Numbered from the stretch's first letter, positions 23,500 to 34,495 are shown. The stretch is DNA of 64,000 nucleotides from Haliotis asinina (GCF_037392515.1 NC_090285.1:70781515-70845514); one strand, 5' to 3'. The notes: a model not told the origin generated them from the letters alone. Program-made: numbers and translations.

Positions 23500-24620
23500 A
23501 GCATTAAGCTGGAGAAACCAGTAAGTACATAAAGGGTGGTGAATTGAAGCCAGAGAACCTGCCTGTTGTGAAGTCCATTTGGTTGTTGGCAAGAATGGTG
23601 ATGTCAGACCACTGTGTTTGATGATTGGGGTTTGCTTTGATGTGGTCAGAAATGGCTGATTTGCTGTCGGAATTGGTAACAGAGTTGTGATGTTCTTTGA
23701 CTCGGGTGTTGATGGTCACAATGTTTCACCTATGTAGCTTTATCCACAGTTCTGGGTTGTTGTTGATGGTGGGTTGTTTTCTTCTGTTGGTATGGAAGGG
23801 GTTGCTGAGGCTGGAGGATGCGGAGAATGTTGTGTCTATCCCTGCATTTTTGTTGTTTCAGGAGTCAGCTGATTTGATGCCATAGTTTATGAATGTAGGG
23901 AATGGATATCTTGATATGGGCTGATTCTGGTTTAGATCTATTGGCAGGAGGTGACAGCGTTGCACCTATGGTTCTGGGCCCTTATTCTCAAAACGTTCAA
24001 AGCCCTAAGAATTGTTCCCTTTGAAAGTAGCCAGGCTACGAACAATTCGAGAATAGAGGGTCTGGTGACTATTTCAGGCGGGTAGTGGTTACATTCTGCA
24101 TAGACTTTCCTCAGGAGTTCAATTTCTTCCTGTAGATTTGATGAACAGATGTTTTTGGCTCTTCTGGTCAGTGAAGAAATGGTGCCAGTCTTGACTTTAG
24201 GGGATGGTTGGACTTTTAGTGGAAGTATTGATTCGTATGGGTAGTTTTTCTGTACACAGAGGTCTGGAGTAGGTTGCAGGAGGTATGGCATACAAGAACG
24301 TCGAGGAAAGGTAGTTGGTTGTTCTGCTCTGTTTCAGTGTTGAATTTGATGTGGGAATGCTGTTTGTTACTATGGGTGAGGAACTGAAAACGGATCATGA
24401 TGACGCTGGAGGATGATGAATGCATCATCCACTTTACGGTACCAGCAGGCGGTTTTGCAGGGTGCAGTTTCTAGAGCCATATCTTCCAGATTTGTCATGT
24501 AATCTCTTAGAATGGGGATAGCTGATAGAAGTCTGTGGATTTGCTCATAGACAGCATCGCCCCATGTGAAATAGGTAGATTTGATGCAGATGTGGGTGGG
24601 TCTGAGTCGGTAGAGAGGCT
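23500..24620 (-). mobile_element. Penelope-like element fragment (RT with RYVDD-type motif plus C-terminal GIY-YIG-like nuclease), degenerate, intronic
   Basis: Minus-strand translations WYRKVDDAFI, VYRKTTHTNQYFH, LPFLDVLV, RVKEHHNSVTNSDSKSAISDHI...NHQTQW, in several frames. Confidence 0.45.
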
Positions 24621-24689
24621 GGTGTTAAGGGGTTGTTGAATGTTTTCTTTGACTGTTATATTCAGTATACATATACATTTCCTCCACTT

Positions 24690-24880
24690 CCTGTATCACT
24701 TCTGCTTCACAACGGTACATACATCTGTATCACTTCTGCTTCACAACGGTACATACATCTGTATCACTTCTGCTTCACAACGGTAAATACATCTGTATCA
24801 CTTCTGCTTCACAACGGTACATACATCTGTATCACTTCTGCTTCACAACGGTACATACATCTGTATCAAAATGTCGCACT
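24690..24880. repeat. ~34-bp minisatellite, 5 copies
   Basis: cacttctgcttcacaacggtacatacatctgtat repeated. Confidence 0.9.
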
Positions 24881-24986
24881 CACACAATAAAGAAGTTGTT
24901 ATCCATAAAATACTGTTCCATATAGTAGATCTCAACTTCTAAAATGCCACTCAAACAATCAGGGACTTTCTTTATTGAACACTTAC

Positions 24987-25098
24987 CTCGCCCACCTGCA
25001 GACAGTAAGAACATTCTAGTTCCATCAGGGCCTTTTCTACCAAACCAGACAGATACTTGTTGATGATGTCCTGCTCAGTATTATCCAACTTGTAGTAA
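24987..25098 (-). CDS. ASCC3: Brr2-family (Ski2-like) helicase, C-terminal cassette exon; most likely ASCC3-like, alternatively SNRNP200
   Basis: Acceptor ttgcag|T, donor GAG|gtaagt. YYKLDNTEQDIINKYLSGLVEKALMELECSYCLQVGE aligns to Brr2 [35 protein letters not shown]. Confidence 0.6.
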
Positions 25099-25099
25099 C

Positions 25100-26000
25100 T
25101 GCAATACAACATACACTGATGAGTACATCATTCATCATCCAGTACAACATATGGCAGTCAATACAACTTACACTGATGAGTACATCATTCATCATCCAGT
25201 ACAACATATGGCAGTCAATACAACATACACTGATGAGTATATCATTCATCATCCAGTACAACATATGGCAGTCAATACAACATACACTGATGAGTACATC
25301 ATTCATCATCCAGTACAACATATGGCAGTCAATACAACATACACTGATGAGTACACCATTCCTCATCCAGAACAACATATGGCAGTCAATACAACATACA
25401 CTGATGAGGATATCATTCATCATCCAGTACAACATATGGCAGTCAATACAACATACACTGATGAGTACATCATTCATCATCCAGTACAACATATGGCAGT
25501 CAATACAACATACACTGATGAGTACACCATTCCTCATCCAGAACAACATATGGCAGTCAATACAACATACACTGATGAGGATATCATTCATCATCCAGTA
25601 CAACATATGGCAGTCAATACAACATACACTGATGAGTACACCATTCCTCATCCAGAACAACATATGGCAGTCAATACAACATACACTGATGAGGATATCA
25701 TTCATCATCCAGTACAACATATGGCAGTCAATACAATATACACTGATGAGTACATCATTCATCATCCAGTACAACATATGGCAGTCAATACAACATACAC
25801 TGATGAGTACACCATTCATCATCCAGTACAACATATGGCAGTCAATACAACATACACTGATGAGTACACCATTCCTCATCCAGAACAACATATGGCAGTC
25901 AATACAACATACACTGATGAGGATATCATTCATCATCCAGAACAACATATGGCAGTCAATACAACATACACTGATGAGTACATCATTCATCATCCAGTAC
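25100..26000. repeat. 57-bp minisatellite, ~15 copies (intronic; explains long ORFs on both strands)
   Basis: atggcagtcaatacaacatacactgatgagtacatcattcatcatccagtacaacat repeated. Confidence 0.95.
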
Positions 26001-26239
26001 AACATTAAGCATCTCATCTCTGGACATGGGAGTACTCTCCTTCTAATAAATTATTCCAGTGGTTATAGACAGCAAAGAACATTGGACCAAAGTCCTCAGA
26101 TTTGTTGAAACATGTTCACTCCAGATGAACAAATGAAATCCTGCATTAACTCTTAGAACCATGGGGTCTATAGGTTGTATTATGGTTGACTAATTGTTGT
26201 TTGAGTGTTTAATATCAGTGGTATGATGAAGTCAGAAGT

Positions 26240-27930
26240 TGTGTCTAACTAGACAAAATGGATATATTCTCACTGAAGTTGTGTGTAACTAGATAACATG
26301 GATATATTCTCACTGAAGTTGTGTGTAACTAGATAACATGGATATATTCTCACTGAAGTTGTGTCTAACAAGACAACATGGATATATTCTCACTGAAGTT
26401 GTGTCTAACAAGATAACATGGATATATTCTCACTGAAGGTGTGTCTAACAAGTAAACATGGATATATTCTCACTGAAGGTGTGTCTAACAAGATAACATG
26501 GATATATTCTCACTGAAGGTGTGTCTAACAAGACAACATGGATATATTCTCACTGAAGTTGTGTCTAACAAGATAACATGGATATATTCTCACTGAAGTT
26601 GTGTCTAACAAGATAACATGGATATATTCTCACTGAAGGTGTGTCTAACAAGATAACATGGATATATTCTCACTGAAGGTGTGTCTGACAAGATAACATG
26701 TTTATATTCTCACTGAAGGTGTGTGTAACAAGATAACATGGATATATTCTCACTGAAGGTGTGTCTAACAAGATAACAATGGATATATTCTCACTGAAGG
26801 TGTGTCTAACAAGACAACATGGATATATTCTCACTGAAGGTGTGTCTAACAAGATAACATGGATATATTCTCACTGAAGTTGTGTGTAACTAGATAACAG
26901 GGATATATTCTCACTGAAGGTGTGTGTAACTAGAAAACATGGATATATTCTCACTGAAGGTGTGTCTAACAAGATAACATGGATATATTCTCACTGAAGG
27001 TGTGTCTAACAAGATAACATGTTTATATTCTCACTGAAGTTGTGTGTAACTAGATAACATGGATATATTCTCACTGAAGGTGTGTGTAACTAGATAACAT
27101 GGATATATTCTCACTGAAGGTGTGTCTAACAAGATAACATGGATATATTCTCACTGAAGGTGTGTCTAACAAGATAACATGGATATATTCTCACTGAAGG
27201 TGTGTCTAACAAGATAACATGGATATATTCTCACTGAAGGTGTGTCTAACAAGATAACATGGATATATTCTCACTGAAGGTGTGTCTAACAAGATAACAT
27301 GGATATATTCTCACTGAAGGTGTGTCTGACAAGATAACATATATATATTCTCACTGAAGGTGTGTCTAACAAGATAACATGGATATATTCTCACTGAAGT
27401 TGTGTGTAACTAGATAACAGGGATATTTTCTCACTGAAGGTGTGTCTAACAAGATAACATGTTTATATTCCCACTGAAGTGTGTAACAAGATAACATGGA
27501 TATATTCTCACTGAAGGTGTGTGTAACAAGATAACATGGATATATTCTCACTGAAGTTGTGTGTAACTAGATAACATGGATATATTCTCACTGAAGGTGT
27601 GTGTAACTAGATAACATGGATATATTCTCACTGAAGGTGTGTCTAACAAGATAACATGGATATATTCTCACTGAAGGTGTGTCTAACAAGATAACATGGA
27701 TATATTCTCACTGAAGGTGTGTCTGACAAGATAACATGGATATATTCTCACTGAAGGTGTGTCTGACAAGATAACATATATATATTCTCACTGAAGGTGT
27801 GTCTAACAAGATAACATGGATATATTCTCACTGAAGGTGTGTGTAACTAGATAACAGGGATATTTTCTCACTGAAGGTGTGTCTAACAAGATAACATGGA
27901 TATATTCCCGCTTAAACTGTGTCTAACTAC
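26240..27930. repeat. 40-bp minisatellite, ~42 copies
   Basis: gatatattctcactgaag(g/t)tgtgt(c/g)taac(a/t)agataacatg repeated. Confidence 0.95.
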
Positions 27931-28356
27931 ATAACATGGGTATATTCCCTATGAAATTAGACGTTAGGGAAATACAAGGGAGAGACAATGGAAACACAAT
28001 GGAGACACAATGGGAACAAAAATGGGGGAAAAAACGCAGGTGTAAATAAGTCAGTTTCAAACAACTACAATTTTCATAATGATGCAAGAACAGTTGTGGC
28101 ACAAGGTAGTTTACGTCTGAGCGAAATAAAACCTATTGTAACTGCTTTCTGTTGCCTGTGTGTTTCAAGAATAGTTTCAATTCCTAACAGTCAAACCCGA
28201 CGGAGATATCTTAGAGTGCAATGTTCCTGTTGTACTTTCCTGATGTACTCTGTACATAGTTTCTCAAAATATGATACAATTTTTTGCAATTGTTAAGGCC
28301 TGGGCCAGACAGTGTGTATGATGGACAGAAGCCATCTGCGCTATATCACTGTCTCG

Positions 28357-28712
28357 AGTAGTATAGGGAATGGGGGTTTTAAAACACTTTCACAAAAAGT
28401 CTCTACAACGCCTTATTTACTAAATAAGACGTTGGTGGGCCCCTTAGCTCTTGCTACTATTACCCCTACTACAAAAAAGTTGGCGGTAATTACTGTGCCT
28501 TGGTAGGAGGTAACACTGTGCCGTACGGTACGATCAATAATTCTTCTCTTACAAATCCCCTACCCGGCCCACCCCTCAAGTAGTACAAGTTAGGTTCGTC
28601 GGCTTTCATATCCACTTTATCTATGTTGTAAGTTTTGACTGACCATATAGGATCGGTGGCTCGCTTACGGCTATCACCCTCGTGTTCCCCCGGCTGGTAT
28701 AGATACCTCACT
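28357..28712. repeat. Left terminal inverted repeat (contains the integrase 3' coding end)
   Basis: Reverse complement of 42335-42690. Only ~3 substitutions visible (integrase-tail translation differs at 2 of 73 residues). Confidence 0.9.
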
Positions 28713-29458
28713 AGGGCCCTATCTGGTATCTGTTTCTCCTTCCCACGCAATGGAGCGGCCGACTCTGCAACTATTGATTTTAGTTTGATAGCGTCTGCCG
28801 GTTTCTTACCGGTGAGACGGGTGACTTCATGGTTGATTGCCGACACCACCTTAGGTAACCTCGTGACCCATTCAGTCGATCGTTTTCCAGGGGTGACCAT
28901 CTCCCTAGCATACTGATAGCCGAACAAGCGCTCAGCCAAAGTCCTATTAAATCTCTCAACTATGGCTTGGCTGCGATGGGCTCCGGCCGTGCCACGCCTG
29001 ACCTTTGTATCGTGTTTGGCTAGCAGTTGTGACACGGCACCCATGAACTCCCGTCCGGGGTCAACTTGCAGCTCTGTTGGCCACGTCAGCGGGCTGCGTT
29101 TGTATATGCGTTCGAATCCTCTGGCTACCTGGGCCGAATCTTTCGTGGTCAAGGGTTCGGCTTCCTTGTAACGACTGGCTACGTCCACTACGGTTAAGGC
29201 ATACTTGTACCTCTTGTCGTGGGGTAGGAACAGTAGGTCTGCCTGGTGAACGCTATTAGGTATGTTAATACCGAACCTCCTTCTAGGCACGTAGCGTGGT
29301 GCCGGCAAATAGATCTGCCACAGGGCTTGTTTTTCAAGCCACGCTTTGGCTTCCTCCGGGGGTACTCGCGCTATTTTAGCTAGCTTATCTACTGCGCTAG
29401 CTCCTTTCCAGTACCCACGCGGGCTGTAGTAAATAGCCTCAAATTTTTTCATGTCCAT
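28490..29458 (-). CDS. Retroviral-type (rve) DDE integrase, 322 aa
   Basis: Catalytic triad contexts TVVDVASRY, LQVDPGREF, AIVERFNRTL. The C-terminal ~73 aa (SH3/chromo-like) are encoded inside the TIR. Confidence 0.9.
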   Translation of the reverse strand: MDMKKFEAIYYSPRGYWKGASAVDKLAKIARVPPEEAKAWLEKQALWQIYLPAPRYVPRRRFGINIPNSVHQADLLFLPHDKRYKYALTVVDVASRYKEAEPLTTKDSAQVARGFERIYKRSPLTWPTELQVDPGREFMGAVSQLLAKHDTKVRRGTAGAHRSQAIVERFNRTLAERLFGYQYAREMVTPGKRSTEWVTRLPKVVSAINHEVTRLTGKKPADAIKLKSIVAESAAPLRGKEKQIPDRALVRYLYQPGEHEGDSRKRATDPIWSVKTYNIDKVDMKADEPNLYYLRGGPGRGFVREELLIVPYGTVLPPTKAQ

Positions 29459-32400
29459 ACGCGTATGTGTTTATCCCATCAATAGCTATCCAACGTTTCG
29501 TGTCCATAGGCGACAGGGACGTCTTGTTTATAGTCAGTCTGTATATCTTATGCCCATCACTTCTAAGTGTGTTCATTTTATGTCTAAAGGTACGGGTCTT
29601 GAACAGGGCTTCCTTGAATCTGGCGTGTTTGATGTGTTGTTTCACCACATACTTCTTAACCCCCTTAGCCTTCCGGATCTCACTATTGTCGGCTTTCAGT
29701 ATGGAGTACATCTTAGGTCTCAAACCTATGTACTCGGCTATGGGCGTGCCAGCACACTCGTCCTTCATCTTACCTAGGACCTTTTTATTTACCGTACTGT
29801 GTATGGCATGGGTCTTAGGGTAGTCGCTGGTGTCGTATAAATCGAGGTGTTTTTTCATGTCCTCGTACACGTCCTCGGTTCGAATCTCCATCAGCAGGGA
29901 ATCCGTGTCAGTGTACAGCACTTCACACCTGTCGCCGTACTGTTTCTTGAGCTCGTTGTAGTAAAAGTCGTACATCAGGTGTTTGGATAAATCGAGGATG
30001 CTCATCCCCACGTAAACAGGCCGGTTGAATTTTATGTGGCTTTTCTTCATGTGTAGGGCAACCAGGTTGTCTGTGAATATCTTACTACGGTTGAATGCCG
30101 GACTGGCTATCAATCTCCTGAGCTTGTCTTCCTCACTCGACCGAACCAGCTTCACGGTCACGCGTTTCCTCAGGTTCTCCATAGTCTTACCAAACACCGA
30201 GTTGTTCATGAGCTTGTAGAGATTTTTCTCAAAATCACTGGTGGCTTTTTTTCGTAGGTCTGTGTTCATTCTGATGTAGGGCTCCATCCATGGGCTCTGG
30301 TCGAACATGAGCACCCTGTGTATTTTGGTCAGCCTCATACCCAACGACAGGTACAGCTGTAGGTTGCGATAGTGAACGATGTACTTGGTCTTATTCATTA
30401 AGTTAGGCACGAGTTTTTCAACGTCTGTCACACGCCCACCTGACAAGTTATGTTGGTACTCAGACATCCAGTCTGGGTTAACCCTCATACGTTCGGGGGC
30501 CAGGGGGTAGCTGTTGTGCGATGTGTGTAATTCCTTGGGATACTCTAAGTCAACCTCGAGGATATAACCTTTGTTCGAATCTGGTGCAACCCCCGTAACA
30601 TCAACGTGGGGTACCCATTCGAATCCCCCTGTAGGTAGATACTGACTCATGGCCCAGCCGTACAGGTTGTTTGCGTCGAGGTAGAGAATGTGATTGGTTG
30701 GTTTGTTAGGATCGTAACCTTTCACGTATTGATTATTTGCTTTCGCGTATCGTTTGGATGCCATGGAAATCCCACCTCGCAAACCTTTCTCAATGAATAG
30801 GTGCATGTCGTAATCTGTGAGCAATTCCAAATTAACTCCGGTCTTTTTAAGCAAGGCGTCCCACGACAGACCTGGGCTGGTGTAATACCATGCGGGGTCG
30901 AGTTTATACTGCTTGAAACATGTCCGCCTAAACGTTTCAAACACGTCGGCTAACAGCAGTACATCTGTCCTCAAGTACAGGTCGTGATAATCACCCAGGT
31001 TCTTACAACCCAGTTTATTCCATACGTTAGTCGCGTGCGAGTAATCATCTCGTGAGACGGACGCCTCATTCAGCTTGCTATAAAAGCAGTCAATAGGGGG
31101 TAGTCTGGTCTCGGTGAACTTAGCCCAACTATCCATGTACTCATAGGGGTACACACCCTTCTCATAAGCAGGGGTCTAGTCTCGGCGTCTGTGTATCGAT
31201 CGGTGATAGGGAAGGTATTGTTGGCCTTGACCAGACTGTCGAGTGACGACAGGAGGAACTGAAACGAGTCAATGAACCTAAGTCCGTTTAAGCTGAAGGA
31301 GATGTATCTCTCCATGTTGTTGGGGATGCACGTTATATTACCATCGATTTTCGCGATGGCCTGCATGATCAAGTGTGAGTCGTACCCTCTCAAGTTGTGA
31401 AAGACAACGGGGATGTTTATTGTCTTAGGGTTGATTTTAAGCTTGAGGTTGCACGCGTTGTGAGCGGCGCCTCTATACTTACCAGTTATGTGACAGTGAT
31501 CTCTCACCGAATCACCGTTAAGTGGTGAGTCACACACGTGACAGTTAGTGCTACTAGCGTGGGCTAGCCTGTCGACTCGGGTCAGACGCATGGGAGCGAT
31601 TTTATACAATGCATTCCTAATAATTTTTTCTTCCTCCTGCAAACACTTTAGAAACCTTTCAGCCGCGTCAGGCCCCCTATACACTACCGGAGCTTTCGTT
31701 TCCCCGTCACAACGGACGACAATGTATCCAAACGAACAGGCTTTATGCTCTTGTGTTTTGTGGGTAAAGGCACCACTGGGAGCCTCGCCGGCGGCAGCCA
31801 CTAAGGCTTCGAAGTCGGCGTATATGATATAAGGCACAGACATTTGGTTCTTGTGGTTACCGAATTTTAGGATATTATCACCTTCCTTAGGCATGTCGAC
31901 TCGTATGGCCGTCTGCCCCACACCTTGGCAATCATCCCGGTGGGATTCTAATAAATCATCTCGTGTGAAGCCATGTAGGCATCGTTCACAGAAGTGGGTC
32001 TTTTCTCTGTGTGCCGATTGGTCATACAACAGCCTGCTAAAGTGTTTTATCCATGTGTAGTGATACTTGTCACCTCGCTGGATCATGAATATATTGATAA
32101 CGCGAGCGGGGGGTACCCCCCGGCTGACCTTCACTTCGCTGACCCTGTGTACTATTGTTGTGTTACCTTCGTGCCCAAAGACATTTATAGCCAGATTATT
32201 CTGTTTTTCTACTTTAGTGATCTGGGATATGGGGGTGGGTTCATCTATACCATCCCAGTTGAGCCCATCATCCTGAGGATAATTAGAAGGCCTGTTCGGA
32301 TTAGTGTCAGCTGGAAATAAGGCTGACCTGATAGCTAACCTCAGGCAATCGTTTCCTCTATTCTTAACGTTTACTATAGCATGTTTGTTCCTATAGTAGG

Positions 32401-33172
32401 GAGGCAAGGCTAGGTATGACCCGCCTCTAAACGGCACGTAGTTAGCTATGTCTAGATAGACATTATCGATTTTATCTACAGCCCACCCGGACCCCAAGTG
32501 TGTGTAGCGTTCTAGGTATTCTTGTATCTGCTGAAAACTGGTATCGATTGATGTATCAATGGTCTCTGTATGTGTGGCGACCTCTTGTTGACCTCGGAAG
32601 TAAGGCTGAACATATTCAGTGGTACTCCCAACCTGCTTATCGAGCGACATTTTCACTGTGATCTGAAACTTGATACTTCCTAGGTTATTTAGTTCCTGGT
32701 TGACCTTATCAGCTATCAGAGGCTTGATATCTGTAATGTCTATGTTTCTATCAACGTGCATGCGCCAACCTCTCAAATGATTGGCTACAGCGCGCACAGT
32801 GCGCACGAACTGTAGGTCAATAGCTCTATTCTGTCGTAATAATTCTACAAGCTGTGGTTTTCTCATACGGGAATACCCGCCTAAACCCAAATCGTGTGCC
32901 TCGATTTTCAGTTGTTTTACAGTGGGAGGTTTTGCTACGGGGGCATGTGATAACAATGCGGTTAACCCGGCTCTCCCCAGGTTTGAATAACCCGTGTATC
33001 CAAGCTGTTTTGCTTGAGCTTTTAATTGTTTTACTGTAGGAGGGGCTTCTAAACCTAGTAATCTCAACAATGCTGACTTCCGCATTCTAGAATACCCGAT
33101 CACACCTCTCTGTTTTGCGACCCGCTTGAGCTCGCTTACAGTAGACATCGTGTTTACACCTAAGAGAACCAA
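29439..33172 (-). CDS. Protein-primed family-B DNA polymerase (pPolB), split by one frameshift near 31150-31180
   Basis: Exo I IYADFEALV, Exo II FHNLRGYDSHLI, KGVYPYEYMDSWAKF, motif A YLDANNLYGWAM, motif B KLMNNSVFGKTMEN, motif C VLYTDTDSL. ORFs 33172-31070 and 31154-29439 overlap by ~85 nt in different frames. Confidence 0.9.
32830..33172 (-). CDS. pPolB N-terminal region with three SAP/HeH-like repeats (terminal-protein region)
   Basis: VSELKRVAKQRGVIGYSRMRKSALLRLL / VKQLKAQAKQLGYTGYSNLGRAGLTALL / VKQLKIEAHDLGLGGYSRMRKPQLVELL. Confidence 0.5.
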
Positions 33173-33208
33173 TGTCTAATTGGTTCACAGTAAGGGGAGG
33201 TAACCCTT

Positions 33209-33475
33209 TCACACACTGGAGTCTATCTTGAGCAGTCGCCTACGTTCTTTTATGTAGCCTTTTTTATTCTCGTAGATGAGTTGATGTCTGACTACGTTCG
33301 CTCCGTGAGCTTTACATAGACAGTAGTGTCCTTTAACCCCGATACCACACACAGAACACGTGTAGTTAGGACTTCCCATATGGAAACAACAGAACCCCTG
33401 ATTCCTGCATTTCCTACCACAGGCCTCGGTCTTCCCCATAAGTATGTATTCGCATCGGTATGGAGCGGGTCTCAT
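33209..33475 (-). CDS. Small Cys-rich (zinc-ribbon-like) protein, 88 aa
   Basis: CGRKCRNQGFCCFHMGSPNYTCSVCGIGVKGHYCLCKAHG, about 12 Cys with CxxC-like spacing. Just upstream of pPolB on the same strand. Confidence 0.5.
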   Translation of the reverse strand: MRPAPYRCEYILMGKTEACGRKCRNQGFCCFHMGSPNYTCSVCGIGVKGHYCLCKAHGANVVRHQLIYENKKGYIKERRRLLKIDSSV

Positions 33476-33494
33476 GTTTACTTATATAGGTATT

Positions 33495-33920
33495 TTAATT
33501 TAATTGCTTCGCAACCAACGCAGTAGCTGCTATACCCAACACTATGAAGCCCAGTTCACGATTCATTTGTCCCTTGGATGGTGTGTAGTATTGAGCGAGT
33601 GTGGGTTTATTGAGCGGTTCCAATTGTTTACCAGTTAGTAGGTAGTATTCTTTCATTGCTTCATCGACATCGTTGAATGTTTGAACGGCATGGTTTTCAC
33701 GCTGGAGTTGTTCGTTAATAAAATCGATCCTCTGGAGGCATTTTTTAGCGTAATCGGCCTGTGCTCTTTGTAATTTCTCAGTAGCGAGATCGTGTCGCTT
33801 CCTTTCTTCCTGTATTTCAGCCGCGTGATCATCTCGTAGTTTCGAGAAGAGGAAATTACTCCCGGAAAATGCCAGGGCATTCACTAACGCCCCACCGACC
33901 ATCATAGCTATCGTGGCCAT
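33495..33920 (-). CDS. Hypothetical membrane protein, 141 aa (N- and C-terminal hydrophobic segments flanking a coiled coil)
   Basis: MATIAMMVGGALVNALAFSG ... EIQEERKRHDLATEKLQRAQADYAKK ... LGFIVLGIAATALVAKQL. Confidence 0.5.
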   Translation of the reverse strand: MATIAMMVGGALVNALAFSGSNFLFSKLRDDHAAEIQEERKRHDLATEKLQRAQADYAKKCLQRIDFINEQLQRENHAVQTFNDVDEAMKEYYLLTGKQLEPLNKPTLAQYYTPSKGQMNRELGFIVLGIAATALVAKQLN

Positions 33921-33927
33921 CCTATAT

Positions 33928-34155
33928 TTATTTCATTATATTATCAGGTATGATCCCTTGTTTTACTAGGATGTCTTTTGTGGCCATCGCCATACCAAGG
34001 TTCATTATGAGCATACCCATATCCTGCAGGTTGAAATCTAGCTTGATAGTTGGTTGTTTAAGCACCATTTTAGTCAACCGAGCGTACCCTACTGCTAGAC
34101 TGGCTACCACTGTGGCGTGGTATGCGTCGTTGACGAACGTTTTCCCCTCAGACAT
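33928..34155 (-). CDS. Hypothetical small protein (~75 aa from MSEGKTF)
   Basis: ORF 33928-34269 trimmed to the internal ATG. AT-rich region directly upstream. Confidence 0.35.
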   Translation of the reverse strand: MSEGKTFVNDAYHATVVASLAVGYARLTKMVLKQPTIKLDFNLQDMGMLIMNLGMAMATKDILVKQGIIPDNIMK

Positions 34156-34495
34156 TATGTATATGATATAAAATATTAAAATTATAACATGATATGCGGG
34201 TCGACAGTGGGGCCTGCCGGCGCGTGGGGGTATCCCCCACACCCCCAGAGTTTCCCTCAGTTCTCCCACTATATAACAATGTTATAACCACGGCAGCAGT
34301 TACGCCTACAGCCAACAACAGTCGGGTTGGGTTGGTCACTTTATGTTGGTTACACCACCGTTTTTTACCGGCAGCTACTCTCTTAGGATTCTTCTGCCTG
34401 GTTACTGTGGGGGTCACTTCCCTCACTGAAGGGGTCTCCACCGTCACTGTTGGGGGTGGGGTCTCCTCCACTGGGGTTTCCTGTGCAGCATCCAT
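34148..34495 (-). CDS. Hypothetical Pro/Thr-rich protein with one transmembrane helix, 115 aa
   Basis: TPVEETPPPTVTVETPSVREVTPTVT ... LLLAVGVTAAVVITLLY. Confidence 0.45.
   Translation of the reverse strand: MDAAQETPVEETPPPTVTVETPSVREVTPTVTRQKNPKRVAAGKKRWCNQHKVTNPTRLLLAVGVTAAVVITLLYSGRTEGNSGGVGDTPTRRQAPLSTRISCYNFNILYHIHNV

Noticed and set aside
18265-25098. Assigning the helicase exons to SNRNP200 (Brr2) itself
   Set aside because: Only ~40% identity to the normally ultra-conserved SNRNP200 C-terminal cassette, plus lineage insertions, make the paralogue ASCC3 more likely. Retained as the alternative.
25037-26108. Three long ORFs (285-329 aa) on both strands
   Set aside because: They are entirely encoded by the 57-bp minisatellite. 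Periodic 19-aa protein repeats with no start or splice context are repeat artefacts.
26240-27930. Regularly spaced 40-bp repeats that might be taken for a CRISPR array
   Set aside because: Eukaryotic context, head-to-tail repeats with no unique spacers. This is a minisatellite.
29451-32320. Plus-strand ORFs of 60-118 aa inside the pPolB and integrase genes
   Set aside because: Shadow ORFs antisense to strongly supported coding sequence, with no motifs.
29439-33172. Two separate polymerase genes (700 aa and 571 aa)
   Set aside because: Motif order (Exo I/II in the first, A/B/C in the second) and the conserved KGVYPYEYMD block spanning the overlap show one pPolB split by a frameshift.
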